In this document: one piece after another, positions 8,611-18,359 of the stretch
Layout: each line of letters begins with the position of its first letter
Numbering within the stretch: position 1 is the stretch's first letter
The notes under the pieces: generated by a model
What the model saw: only the letters and a program-made list of their open reading frames with translations
What the model was told of the DNA's origin: nothing
The model's database searches: none
Assembly (NCBI GenBank): GCA_033762915.1
Contig: JANRLD010000062.1
Coordinates: 1-28,965 of the forward strand
DNA: 28,965 nucleotides
Direction: 5' to 3'
Source of the DNA: Meiothermus sp.
GTDB taxonomy: Bacteria > Deinococcota > Deinococci > Deinococcales > Thermaceae
Position numbers and translations under genes: made by a program

Positions 8611-10518
8611 ATGGCGGTGAAATACCCAGCGACACCCAGTAGAGTTAAAGGTGACATGACAAACATAGACTTTCCCAGCTATATCCAAAGCGAGCGGGTC
8701 AAGGCGTGGGTAAGCGAGGCCGTGGCGCTGTGCAAGCCCGACAGCGTGTATTTCTGCGACGGCTCCCAAGAGGAGTACGACCGGTTGTGCCAGCAGCTCG
8801 TAGACACGGGTACCTTCATCCGGCTCAATCCCGAACTGCGCCCCAACTCCTTCCTGGCCCGCTCCGACCCCTCCGACGTCGCCCGGGTAGAAGACCGCAC
8901 CTTCATCTGCTCCATCAACAAAGAAGACGCCGGCCCCACCAACAACTGGGTTAATCCCAAGGAGATGCACGCCACCCTGCAGGGCCTCTTCGACGGCTGC
9001 ATGCGGGGCCGCACCATGTACGTGATCCCTTTTAGCATGGGGCCGCTGGGCTCGGAAATCTCCTACGTCGGTATCGAGATCTCTGACTCGCCCTACGTGG
9101 CCACCAACATGCGCATCATGACCCGCATGGGCAGGGCCGTGTACGACGTGCTGGGCGAAGACGGCGAGTTCGTGCCCTGCATGCACACCGTGGGAATGCC
9201 ACTCGAGCCCGGCCAGCAAGACATTCCCTGGCCTTGCAACCCCAAGGTGAAGTACATCGTCCACTTCCCCGAGGAGCGCTCCATCTGGAGCTACGGCTCC
9301 GGCTACGGCGGCAACGCCCTGCTGGGCAAGAAATGCCTGGCCCTGCGCATCGCCTCGGTGATCGGCCGTGACGAAGGCTGGCTGGCCGAGCACATGCTAA
9401 TCCTGGGCGTCGAAGACCCCAAGGGCAAGAAGACCTACGTGGCCGCCGCCTTCCCCTCGGCCTGTGGCAAAACCAACTTCGCCATGCTGATCCCCCCCAA
9501 GCCGCTTCAAGAGGACGGCTGGAAGGTCACCACCATCGGCGACGACATCGCCTGGATCAAGCCCGGCAAGGACGGCAGGCTATACGCCATCAACCCCGAG
9601 GCGGGCTACTTCGGTGTGGCCCCTGGCACCAACAAGAAGTCCAACCCCAACGCCATCGAGTCCATCAAGGCCAACACCATCTTTACCAACGTGGCCCTCA
9701 CCCCCGAAGGCGACGTGTGGTGGGAGGGCCTCGACGGCGCCCCTCCGGCCACAGCCATTGACTGGCAGGGCAACGGGTGGACGCCCGAGAGCGGGCGCAA
9801 GGCCGCCCACCCCAACTCGAGGTTCACTGCCCCGGCCAGCCAGAACCCGGTGATCGACCCCGAGTGGGAGAACCCCAAGGGCGTGCAGATCAAGGCCATG
9901 ATCTTCGGTGGGCGGCGGGCCAGCGTGGTGCCGCTGGTCTACCAGGCCTTCAACTGGAGCTTTGGGGTCTATGTGGGCGCGACCATGGGCTCGGAGATGA
10001 CCGCGGCCGCCTTCGGCTCGGTCGGCGAGGTGCGCCGCGACCCCTTCGCCATGCTGCCCTTCATCGGCTACCACATGGCCTCCTACTACAACCACTGGCT
10101 GGACATCGGGCGCCGCGTGGTAGACCCCCCCCGCGTCTTCTCGGTCAACTGGTTCCGCAAGGACAAGGACGGCAACTTCGCCTGGCCCGGCTTTGGCGAG
10201 AATATGCGCGTGCTCAAGTGGATCGTCGAGCGGGCCAACGGGCGCGGCTACGCCACCGAGAGCCCCCTCGGCTACGTTCCCCACTACGACGACCTAGACT
10301 GGCGGGGCCTGGAGTTCAGCCGCGAGCAGTTCCAGGAACTGATGGCCATCGACCGCGACCTCTGGCTCAAGGAAATCCTCAGCCACGAGGAACTGTTCAT
10401 CAAGCTCTACGACCGCATGCCCAAGGAGTTCCTGGCCATGCGCGAGCTGATGATCTCCAACCTCTGGCGCTCGCCGGAACACTGGGACGTGGAAGAGCGG
10501 GCGGTGCAGAGCACGTGA
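8611..10518 (+). CDS. pckG: Phosphoenolpyruvate carboxykinase (GTP-dependent)
   Basis: [37 protein letters not shown] and [18 protein letters not shown] at 8601; alternative start at 8656. Confidence 0.96.
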   Translation: MAVKYPATPSRVKGDMTNIDFPSYIQSERVKAWVSEAVALCKPDSVYFCDGSQEEYDRLCQQLVDTGTFIRLNPELRPNSFLARSDPSDVARVEDRTFICSINKEDAGPTNNWVNPKEMHATLQGLFDGCMRGRTMYVIPFSMGPLGSEISYVGIEISDSPYVATNMRIMTRMGRAVYDVLGEDGEFVPCMHTVGMPLEPGQQDIPWPCNPKVKYIVHFPEERSIWSYGSGYGGNALLGKKCLALRIASVIGRDEGWLAEHMLILGVEDPKGKKTYVAAAFPSACGKTNFAMLIPPKPLQEDGWKVTTIGDDIAWIKPGKDGRLYAINPEAGYFGVAPGTNKKSNPNAIESIKANTIFTNVALTPEGDVWWEGLDGAPPATAIDWQGNGWTPESGRKAAHPNSRFTAPASQNPVIDPEWENPKGVQIKAMIFGGRRASVVPLVYQAFNWSFGVYVGATMGSEMTAAAFGSVGEVRRDPFAMLPFIGYHMASYYNHWLDIGRRVVDPPRVFSVNWFRKDKDGNFAWPGFGENMRVLKWIVERANGRGYATESPLGYVPHYDDLDWRGLEFSREQFQELMAIDRDLWLKEILSHEELFIKLYDRMPKEFLAMRELMISNLWRSPEHWDVEERAVQST

Positions 10519-10556
10519 GACACGCGGGCAAAAGCTAAACGCAAAAACCCATGCAG

Positions 10557-10587
10557 AAAACCCCCGTCCCAATGGGACGGGGGTTGT
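10557..10587. terminator. Intrinsic (probably bidirectional) terminator between convergent genes
   Basis: Perfect stem AACCCCCGTCCC-AAT-GGGACGGGGGTT with an A-run on the left side. Confidence 0.8.
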
Positions 10588-10595
10588 GTGGACGT

Positions 10596-11027
10596 TTACC
10601 TTGCCTTCTTGCCGGAGCCCTTGGCCGCAGGGACCCCTTCGGGCAGCCGGACGATCAACCCCGAGGCCAGCCACGCGGCCAGCGGAGCGATGATGGAAAG
10701 GGCCTGGTTGGCATTGAACAGCAGCTGGAGCCCGTATCCCAGCATCAGCACCGGAAGCAACAGCAGAAAAATCCGGATGATGCGCTCGATGCCGGGGGCG
10801 GGGGGCAGGGGCCAGAACCTCGAGTACATCAGCCCAATCAGCCCGCCAAACATCACTGTCGCCGCGATGCGCAACAGGTCGAGGGGGGTGGGAAAGGGCC
10901 AGCCGGTGAGGTAGTGCCCCACCGTGTAGAACAAAAACAGCCCCGCCGACAACCCCACCAGCAGCCGCAACAGCCGCAGCGTCAGGTTGGGCGGGGTGTA
11001 GACGGCGGGCTTCTGAGGGTCGGACAT
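10596..11027 (-). CDS. Hypothetical 4-TM membrane protein
   Basis: Four hydrophobic segments and a basic tail. ATG 11027 lies 7 nt after TATGAT. Confidence 0.75.
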   Translation of the reverse strand: MSDPQKPAVYTPPNLTLRLLRLLVGLSAGLFLFYTVGHYLTGWPFPTPLDLLRIAATVMFGGLIGLMYSRFWPLPPAPGIERIIRIFLLLLPVLMLGYGLQLLFNANQALSIIAPLAAWLASGLIVRLPEGVPAAKGSGKKAR

Positions 11028-11064
11028 GGGACGAATCATAAGTGCCTGGGGGGAAAGAAGAAAG

Positions 11065-11102
11065 GGGAAAGAGAAGCCGTAGGCCGTAGACTTCTCTTTC
11101 CC
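11065..11102 (-). terminator. Terminator downstream of the symporter
   Basis: 12-bp stem GGGAAAGAGAAG / CTTCTCTTTCCC followed by a pyrimidine-rich tract on the minus strand. Confidence 0.65.
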
Positions 11103-11114
11103 GCTTGCTCACAT

Positions 11115-12842
11115 TTAGTGGTAGTGCCCTTCCTTGGCACCGCGTGGTATTCGGACCGACTCGACGAGGTCCTGGATCTCTTTGGGCGGCTCGGGGGTCA
11201 TCCTCGAGACCGCTATGGTGATGGCAAAGTTAAGCAGCATCCCGATGGTGCCGATACCCTCGGGGCTGATGCCAAAGACGAAGCGCGGCATTCCGTAGTA
11301 GCTGGTGCCGATGATGTAGAAGGCCGTAAAGACCAGCCCCACCACCATCCCCGCGATCGCGCCCTGCGAGGTGGTGCGTTTGTCGAAGATGCCCAGCAAT
11401 ATTGCCGGGAAGAAACTACTCGCCGCCAAGCCGAAGGCGAAGGCCACCAACTGTGCGATGAATCCAGGTGGATTCTGACCGAAATAGCCCGCAACCAGCA
11501 CCGCCAACAGGATGCCGATGCGGGCGATGAGTAATCGCTGGGCCTCAGAGGCTTTAGGATTTATCACCCGGTAGTAGAGGTCGTGCGAGAGCGCCGATGA
11601 GATGACGATCAGCAGGCCCGAGGCTGTGGACAGGGCCGCCGCCAGGCCGCCCGCCGCCACCAGCGCGATGATGAACGGTGCGAGCTGGGCCACCTCGGGT
11701 GTGGAGAGCACGATGATGTCGTTGTTGATGAAGACCTCGTTGGCCGAGGTGGTGTCGGGGTTGTTGGGGTCGGGGCGGGTGGTGCCTGGGATGAAGTTGA
11801 AGGCCCGGCCCTTGGCGATGGTCAGGTTGCCGTCGTTGTTCTTGTCCACGAAGCGCAGCAGGCCGGTCTTCTCCCACTTGGCCACCCAGTCGATCTGCCG
11901 CACCTCCTCGATGGACTTGCCGTTGAGGGTGTTGATCAGGTTGTAGCGCGCGAACACCGAAATGGCAGGCGCGGTGGTGTAGAGCAGTGCGATAAACAGC
12001 AGCGCCCAACCCGCCGAGGCGCGGGCGTCGCGCACGGTGGGGGTGGTGTAGAAGCGGATGATCACGTGCGGCAGACCGGCGGTACCGAACATCAGACAGG
12101 CCGTGATCATCAGCACGTTAAGCATCGAGAGCCCCTGGAAGGGCTGGGTGTACTGCGCGAAGCCTAAATCTGTCTGTAACTGGTTAAGCCGGGGAACGAT
12201 GTCCGAGAAGGTCAGGGCCAGTTGGGGGATGGGGTTGCCGGTGAGAATGGCCGCGATGGCGAAGCCGGGAATCAAATAGGCGATGATCAGGATGATGTAC
12301 TGGGCCACCTGGGTCCAGGTGATGCCCTTCATCCCGCCGATCACCGCGAACAGCGCGGTGATAATCACGCCGATCCACAGGCCGGTCACGCTGGGCACGC
12401 CGAGGTAGCGGCTGAAGACCGTGCCCACGCCCACCAGCTGCGGAATCACGTAGGTGAAGGAGACAAACACTGCCGCCACCACCGCCACGATACGAGCGGT
12501 CTGAGAGTAGTAGCGGTCGCCCACGAAGTCGGGCACAGTAAACTTGCCGAACTTGCGCAGGTAGGGGGCCAGCAGCATCGCCAGCAGCACGTAGCCGCCC
12601 GTCCAGCCCATCAGGTAGATGGTGCCGTCGTAGCCAAGGGTGGAGATCAGGCCGGCCATCGAGATGAACGAGGCCGCCGACATCCAGTCAGCAGCGGTGG
12701 CCATACCGTTGGCGACGGGCGGCACGCCGCGCCCGGCCACATAGAAGCCCTCTGTCTCCTGCACCCTTGCCCACAACCCGATGCCGATGTACAGCCCGAA
12801 GGAGAGCAGTACTACGATCCATGTCCAGAGTTCAACGCTCAT
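11115..12842 (-). CDS. Sodium:solute symporter, ActP-like (acetate/monocarboxylate)
   Basis: MATAADWMSAASF, GWTGGY, GGMKGITWTQVAQY, GTAGLPHVIIRFYT and AAGGLAAALST; about 13 TM segments. Confidence 0.9.
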   Translation of the reverse strand: MSVELWTWIVVLLSFGLYIGIGLWARVQETEGFYVAGRGVPPVANGMATAADWMSAASFISMAGLISTLGYDGTIYLMGWTGGYVLLAMLLAPYLRKFGKFTVPDFVGDRYYSQTARIVAVVAAVFVSFTYVIPQLVGVGTVFSRYLGVPSVTGLWIGVIITALFAVIGGMKGITWTQVAQYIILIIAYLIPGFAIAAILTGNPIPQLALTFSDIVPRLNQLQTDLGFAQYTQPFQGLSMLNVLMITACLMFGTAGLPHVIIRFYTTPTVRDARASAGWALLFIALLYTTAPAISVFARYNLINTLNGKSIEEVRQIDWVAKWEKTGLLRFVDKNNDGNLTIAKGRAFNFIPGTTRPDPNNPDTTSANEVFINNDIIVLSTPEVAQLAPFIIALVAAGGLAAALSTASGLLIVISSALSHDLYYRVINPKASEAQRLLIARIGILLAVLVAGYFGQNPPGFIAQLVAFAFGLAASSFFPAILLGIFDKRTTSQGAIAGMVVGLVFTAFYIIGTSYYGMPRFVFGISPEGIGTIGMLLNFAITIAVSRMTPEPPKEIQDLVESVRIPRGAKEGHYH

Positions 12843-12851
12843 GGCTCACCC

Positions 12852-13106
12852 CTATTCGTCCACGTCGAACTGGCGGTCTATGCGATTCATCTGCGCCACG
12901 TAGTAGAAGATCAGCACTACGAAGACGATGATGGTGCCCTGGTGGGCGAACCAGAACCCCAGCGGCACCGAGCCCAAATTGATGGCGTTTAGGGGCTGCA
13001 CCAGCAAGATGCTGAACCCATACGACACCACGGCCCAGATGATCAGCAAGTTGCGGATCAAGCTGATGTTGGCCTTCCAGTAGCCTTCTGCCTTTGCCCT
13101 GTCCAT
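12852..13106 (-). CDS. DUF4212 small subunit of the solute symporter
   Basis: YWKANISLI and PLGFWFAHQG; immediately upstream of the symporter; RBS GGAGG. Confidence 0.88.
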   Translation of the reverse strand: MDRAKAEGYWKANISLIRNLLIIWAVVSYGFSILLVQPLNAINLGSVPLGFWFAHQGTIIVFVVLIFYYVAQMNRIDRQFDVDE

Positions 13107-13385
13107 AAGCCTCCCTGAAACCTCTGCCCTGCGGAACGCCCGCGCAAAAACGCCAAAAACCCCACCTCACTGGTGAGCGGTCACCGTTTTATGCTTGGGC
13201 AAGATATGAACATGGTATGAGTTTGGAGATTTTCGTCTAGGCTACAATTTATGCTTAAGGAAACGTCGACCAACTGCCGCCCCGACGTCCCCGCGGGCCT
13301 CGAGCAGACCCACGAGAGAACCACGGTTTGGCCGCCTCTGCTCCGCTTAGTCTGCACCTCCCGCGTCTCGCTATGTTTGGCTGGA

Positions 13386-13414
13386 AATATAGCACCGGGG
13401 GGCGCGGGGGGCAA
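13386..13414 (-). promoter_or_regulatory. Sigma-A-type promoter TTGCCC-17 bp-TATATT with extended TG
   Basis: Near-consensus boxes with exact 17-bp spacing, about 280 bp upstream of the DUF4212 start. Confidence 0.65.
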
Positions 13415-13757
13415 GTTTTCGGGCGATTCGAGGAATACAGGAAACTCGAGGCTTTCTCGAGGCGCACCCACAGCACGCCGCAGGGCGCAGGATTACTCCT
13501 GCGTTTAGCGCCCTCAGGGCTGGGCATCGAACCTGGGAAATGGTCAGCCGCTCTCCGGAGGCCCGTCCGAGTCCCCGGCGGAGTTATTCGCGCAAACTTG
13601 TTGGGCCTATGCCTTTACGGCCCGTGCCGAGCCCCAAATCGGCGAAATGACAACCGGGGCTCAAGGGCGGCCTTGTGCCTCGCTCTGGCAACACGGATAG
13701 CGAAGTAGATCAGCTCAGCCAGCCGCACCAGATGGCTCGGCCGACATCACCTGCGGC

Positions 13758-14258
13758 TTAGAAAAACGCCACCTTCACGTTCATCTGCTTGAGCACGATG
13801 TCGCCCTGGCTGGGGATCTCGGCGGCAATCTGCGCTCCCAGCCAGATCTTGCCCTGGTTCACGCCCTGGGTGAGCACCTCTCCCTCGAGCCTCACGTTAT
13901 GTCGGGCGGCGTTCTCAAAGCTGATCGGGTCTTTGGTCAGTCTGGCGTACTTTGCGGCCTGGCACAGCAGCAGGCTGCTGTTCATGATGTGGACGCAACC
14001 CTCCTGGGGCAGGGTGGTTGAGCCGTAGATGTGGACGCTCATGGGGGTCTGCTGGTACTCCGCCACACCCTCCACCGCAATCTGCCGTGCGGATATGGGC
14101 GGTCGGCTGAACTCGAAGGCGGTGTCGTAGAAGATAACCAGGTTGCCGGTGGGAATCGAGACGATGGGGACGGTGGTCTCGGGCAGACCGGAAGAGAGGG
14201 GCGCGCCGGTGCAGGCAGACAAAAGCCCCGCAAGCAACGCTTTAAAAAACGGCCGCAT
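13758..14258 (-). CDS. Uncharacterised lipoprotein (paralog 1)
   Basis: Lipobox LLSA-C; similar along its length to 16101-16604. ATG 14258 lies 8 nt after TAGGCT. Confidence 0.8.
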   Translation of the reverse strand: MRPFFKALLAGLLSACTGAPLSSGLPETTVPIVSIPTGNLVIFYDTAFEFSRPPISARQIAVEGVAEYQQTPMSVHIYGSTTLPQEGCVHIMNSSLLLCQAAKYARLTKDPISFENAARHNVRLEGEVLTQGVNQGKIWLGAQIAAEIPSQGDIVLKQMNVKVAFF

Positions 14259-14406
14259 ACCGCGGTAGCCTATTGGGCCAGAATGTAGAGAGTTGGCGGC
14301 TGAGCTAAAGGGGGCCTTCAGGTTGGTCGCATAAATCTCGGGCAATCGTGCGGCCCGATATTCGCCCCTACGAGCCACGCCTCCAGGCGCATAGAATAGC
14401 CCCGAG

Positions 14407-15681
14407 ATGAACACCAACGCATTAGCCCACGATCCTTCACTTCTGGGCCAGCCCCGCTTCCCCAGCCCGCTGCAGGGGCGGCGGGACCACTTCATTGGCG
14501 AAGGGGCCAGGGTGCTGATGGCCTCCACCTTGGCCGACCTCGGCTCGGGGCCGCCGCAGAGCCTCGAGCAGGCTGGGCCGCGCCGCGAGATCTACTTCGA
14601 CCCGGCCGAGATTGCCTGCGGCATCGTCACCTGCGGCGGTCTCTGCCCCGGCCTTAACGACGTGATCCGGGCGGTCACCCTCACGCTCACCTACAGCTAC
14701 GGGGTCAAGCGCATCTACGGCTTCCGCTACGGCTATGCGGGTGTTGCGCAGAGCAAGGGCGTCGAGCCGGTGCTCCTCACCCCCGAGGTCGTGGAGCGTA
14801 TCCACGAGCAGGGCGGCACCTTTCTCTCGTCGTCGCGGGGGCCGCAGGAGATCGGGGACATGCTCGAGAAGCTCGAGCGCCTGAACGTGCGCATCCTCTT
14901 CGCGGTGGGGGGCGACGGCACCCTTCAAGGCGCCTCCCTGATTGCCGCCGAGGCCTTGAAGCGCGGTTTGGACATCGGGGTGGTGGGGATTCCCAAGACC
15001 ATCGACAACGACCTGCTGTGGATCGAGCGCTCCTTCGGATTCGCCACGGCGGTCGAGGAGGCCACTCGGGCACTGGCCGCCGCGCATGCCGAGGCCACCG
15101 GGGCCTACAACGGCGTTGGGCTAGTCAAGCTGATGGGGCGGCATAGCGGCTTCATCACCGCGCAGGCCACGCTGGCGAACTCCGACGTCAACTTCTGCCT
15201 GGTGCCCGAGGTGGAATTCGGCCTCGAGGGCTTCCTCGAGGCCCTTACCCTTCGCCTCGCCCAGCGCCACCACGCCGTTATCGCCATCGCCGAGGGGGCC
15301 GGGCAGGAGTGGATGCAGACCGAAGGCCGCGACGCCTCGGGCAACAAGCGGCTGGGCGACTGCGGAATCTTCCTGAAGAAGGCCATCGAGGCGCACCTGG
15401 CCGCGCGGGGCCTCGATCACACCGTCAAGTACATCGACCCCAGCTACATCATCCGCAGCCTGCCGGCCAACGCACTGGACTCTGAATACTGCCTGGCCCT
15501 CGGCCAGCACGCCGTCCACGCCGGCATGAGCGGGCGCACCGACCTGATGGTGGGCTACTGGAACCAGCACTTCACCCACGTCCCCCTCCAGCTCATCACC
15601 GGCAAGCGCCGCTACCTCGACCCTCAGGGCGAGCTGTGGCAGCGGGTGCTGGCCGCCACCGGGCAGCCCTCGAGGATGTGA
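14407..15681 (+). CDS. pfkA: ATP-dependent 6-phosphofructokinase (PfkA group II, clade-X-like)
   Basis: TCGGLCPGLN, GGDGT (Gly indicates ATP use), PKTIDND, KLMGR and KYIDPSY. Confidence 0.9.
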   Translation: MNTNALAHDPSLLGQPRFPSPLQGRRDHFIGEGARVLMASTLADLGSGPPQSLEQAGPRREIYFDPAEIACGIVTCGGLCPGLNDVIRAVTLTLTYSYGVKRIYGFRYGYAGVAQSKGVEPVLLTPEVVERIHEQGGTFLSSSRGPQEIGDMLEKLERLNVRILFAVGGDGTLQGASLIAAEALKRGLDIGVVGIPKTIDNDLLWIERSFGFATAVEEATRALAAAHAEATGAYNGVGLVKLMGRHSGFITAQATLANSDVNFCLVPEVEFGLEGFLEALTLRLAQRHHAVIAIAEGAGQEWMQTEGRDASGNKRLGDCGIFLKKAIEAHLAARGLDHTVKYIDPSYIIRSLPANALDSEYCLALGQHAVHAGMSGRTDLMVGYWNQHFTHVPLQLITGKRRYLDPQGELWQRVLAATGQPSRM

Positions 15682-15742
15682 GCGCGGTTGCGGGAATGCC
15701 CCGCACACGGAGGCCCAGAGGTATGGATGCACGCAGCGGTAC

Positions 15743-15839
15743 TTAGAGCAGTTCCCACGCATACTCCCGACAGCGGTTTTTGTTGCACGGAGTTCATTCC
15801 CTGCCGCTGCGAGGAAGGTACTGGTGGGAAACCCGATTA
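15743..15839 (-). mobile_element. MITE family A, copy 2 (TSD TAA; most diverged)
   Basis: Reverse-complement homolog of 1501-1597; TTA at 15743-15745 and 15837-15839. Confidence 0.78.
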
Positions 15840-16100
15840 GGGCTCGCACACTTGTTATCAGCGGGGCACACGCGTGCTACTTTCGCTGGTGTTACCAAGA
15901 CCCTAGCGAACATTACAGCGGAGTTCAACCGGTACTCGGAAGAACTTACCGTTTGAGATTGGTTCACTAACCTGTTCAAGCGTTGCGATACCGCAAGAAT
16001 CAGCCTGCGAACTGCTGTACTTCACGACCCTCAAGGGTAGGGATGGTGGGAACCGCTGGGGGGTTGTCCGGGATTGGTGGGTTGCTGCCCGCTGACGACT

Positions 16101-16604
16101 TTAGAACACGGCCACCTTGACCGTCATCTGCCGCAAAAACACCTCTCCACTGCTGAGCTGGTTGGCGGCGATCTGCACGCCCAGCCAGATCTGGCCCTGG
16201 TTGACGGCTTGGTTGAGCACCGCGCCTTGCAGGGTGAAAGGCTGGGTCGCGCCGCCGGAGAAGTTGATGGGGGCCGTAGTGAGCTTGGTGACGACCCCGA
16301 CCGCCGGGTCGCAGATAAAGTAGCTGCCGACCGCCTGACAGCCCGACCCCCCGGGTTGGAAGGCCGAGCCATAGACCTCGAGGCTGAGGTTGGTCTGCTG
16401 GTACCTGGCCTGGCCCTCGAGGACATAGCGGGCCGAGATGGGCGGGCGGTCGAAGGTGAGCGGCTGGGCGTACATGATTACCCGCCCCGCAGTGGGGATC
16501 GAGGCCAACTGGAACTGGGCGTCAGGGAGGGGGACGGTGATGGGGGCGCTCTGGCAGGCCGTGAGCAGGCCCATCAGGAGGAGGACTCGAGCGGGGCTTT
16601 TCAT
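16101..16604 (-). CDS. Uncharacterised lipoprotein (paralog 2)
   Basis: Lipobox LLTA-C; shares SIPT, RPPISAR, EGxAxYQQT, VNQGxIWLG and QMxVKVA with 13758-14258. Confidence 0.85.
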   Translation of the reverse strand: MKSPARVLLLMGLLTACQSAPITVPLPDAQFQLASIPTAGRVIMYAQPLTFDRPPISARYVLEGQARYQQTNLSLEVYGSAFQPGGSGCQAVGSYFICDPAVGVVTKLTTAPINFSGGATQPFTLQGAVLNQAVNQGQIWLGVQIAANQLSSGEVFLRQMTVKVAVF

Positions 16605-16695
16605 GGGATTAGCCTAGGCGGGCTGTGTGATAAGTGGGCAAGAGGGAGGGGGCCAAAGCGAATGCCGGGAAAGGTGAAAACGGAGGAGACAGTTT

Positions 16696-16804
16696 TGATT
16701 GCGTTTCCCACCTTTACCTCCCTCGCGGCGGCAGGTAATGTACTCCCTTCTGCAAAAACCGCCCTCTTTAGCGCCGTAGGGAGTATGCGTGGGAACCGCT
16801 CTGA
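16696..16804 (+). mobile_element. MITE family A, copy 3 (TSD TGA)
   Basis: Same terminal repeats and core; TGA at 16696-16698 and 16802-16804. Confidence 0.8.
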
Positions 16805-16843
16805 GTCTACGAGTTCATGGCGCCGTCCTCGATGACTGCACCC

Positions 16844-18082
16844 TCACCGCACCAGCAGGCTTAACACCTCGACGTGGTGGGTAAAGGGGTAGAAGTCGTA
16901 CGGGCGGGCGAAGATGAGCTTGTAGTCGGCCTGGGCCAGTTGGCCGATGTCTCTGGCCCAGGTGGCGGGGTCGCACGAGATATAGAGGATGCGCTCGGGC
17001 TTGGCCTCGAGTAGTCCCGCCAAGACCTCGGGGGAAAGCCCGGCCCTGGGGGGGTCGACGGCGACCAGATCAGCGGGGAGGTGCTTACCCAGCACCTTAG
17101 CGTCGTCTTGTTTGAAGGCGACGTTGGCCGCGCCCAGCCGGGCCGCGTCCGACTCGCCGCGCTTCACCGCATCGCGGTTGATCTCCACGGCGACGACTTG
17201 CCCGAACCGATGGCTCAGGTGCAGGCTCAGCACCCCGCTGCCCGCATAGAGCTCGAGGGCCTTGGTGCCGTTACCCGCCACCCGCGCCGCCTCCTGGTAG
17301 AGCAGGCCCGCCGCGAGGGGGTTCACCTGCGCGAAGCTCTGCACATTGACGGTAGAGAGGATGCCCCCATAGTCCTCTAACAGACCGGTCTGCCCGGTCA
17401 GGTGCTGCACCTTGCCCCGGAAACGGCCCTTGGGGCTGACCTCGGCCCAGACCGCGCCCGCAATGCCCTCTTGCACCAGCGCCTGGGCGGTCTGTTTGAA
17501 GAAGCGGGCCTGTCCGCCGACAAAGCCCACCTGCACCCTGCCCTCGTACAGGCTGCCGCGCAGCACCACTTCTTCGAGGCTGCTTAGGGGCCAGCTCGAG
17601 AGCAGCTTGAAGGCTTCCTGCAGGGGCTCGGCGATCAGCGGGTCGCGACCGACTTTCACCAGGTCGTTGGTCCGGGGCGCCCGGTAGGCCAGGCCGCCCA
17701 TCGGGTGAAGGGCGTACTGGGCGGCGGTGCGGTAACCGAAGCCCTCGGTCTGCGAGCCGGTGGACGGGCTGGCCTGGATGGGTGCGAGGTCGAACTCGAG
17801 TTTAGCAATCCGCTGCAAGGCCTCCTGCACGAAGCCCTGCTTGACGGGGAGCTGCTCGCCGTACTCTAGGGGGAGGTTGGCCGAGGGCGGGAGGTAGCCG
17901 GTGTAGCGGCGGGGGTGGGGCTCAAGGATCTGGGTGACGGTGCCCTCAAGGTGGTTCTTGCGCTCGCGCAGGTCGGCCTCTACCAGTTCACCCGGGAGCG
18001 CCCCCGCCACCAGCGCGGTGCCGGAGTTGGTACGGGCCAGGCCCATGCCGCCCGCGACCAGTTTTTCGATGCGTAGTTGCAC
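16844..18082 (-). CDS. RNA (uracil-C5)-methyltransferase, RlmD/TrmA family
   Basis: N-terminal TRAM-like region, [21 protein letters not shown], catalytic YISCDP and [10 protein letters not shown]. Confidence 0.9.
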   Translation of the reverse strand: MQLRIEKLVAGGMGLARTNSGTALVAGALPGELVEADLRERKNHLEGTVTQILEPHPRRYTGYLPPSANLPLEYGEQLPVKQGFVQEALQRIAKLEFDLAPIQASPSTGSQTEGFGYRTAAQYALHPMGGLAYRAPRTNDLVKVGRDPLIAEPLQEAFKLLSSWPLSSLEEVVLRGSLYEGRVQVGFVGGQARFFKQTAQALVQEGIAGAVWAEVSPKGRFRGKVQHLTGQTGLLEDYGGILSTVNVQSFAQVNPLAAGLLYQEAARVAGNGTKALELYAGSGVLSLHLSHRFGQVVAVEINRDAVKRGESDAARLGAANVAFKQDDAKVLGKHLPADLVAVDPPRAGLSPEVLAGLLEAKPERILYISCDPATWARDIGQLAQADYKLIFARPYDFYPFTHHVEVLSLLVR

Positions 18083-18257
18083 GGAGCTAGCCTAATACGC
18101 CGGGCGCAAAACGCAAAACTCCGAAGGCAGCGTTACAAGCGCAGCCTCCAGCCCTGAAGCAGGGCGGGGCCTGTTGTTCGGTGAGTCCGCGCCGTGCCCG
18201 CGGGCTCGAGGCATCCACTGGAAGGTGGAGGGCCTCCGCGAATCCTGACTTTCGCCG

Positions 18258-18286
18258 TAGACATTTTCACAACTCTGGCCCATAAT
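18258..18286 (+). promoter_or_regulatory. Promoter TAGACA-17 bp-CATAAT
   Basis: Near-consensus boxes upstream of the TAXI gene. Confidence 0.65.
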
Positions 18287-18359
18287 GCCCCCGTCAGTAC
18301 CGGGTGCGGTAACCTCATTCAAAACACGTCCTTAAGCCGCATTCGGGAGGAGGAAAAAG

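Noticed and set aside
13585..13665. c-di-GMP-I riboswitch (CGCAAA...GGGCCTA resemblance)
   Set aside because: No GNRA-capped P2 stem, and no same-strand downstream gene.
14259..14528. N-terminal extension of the 256-aa ORF, and other over-long starts (1923, 3043, 7193, 20210, 25238, 25837, 26726)
   Set aside because: They overlap neighbours or promoters. A lipobox, RBS, -10 position or stop/start overlap indicates the downstream starts.
18100..18125. Short CGCAAAA-type heptamer repeats (also near 3998, 10527 and 13143)
   Set aside because: Only 1-3 degenerate units each, too short to support a functional call.
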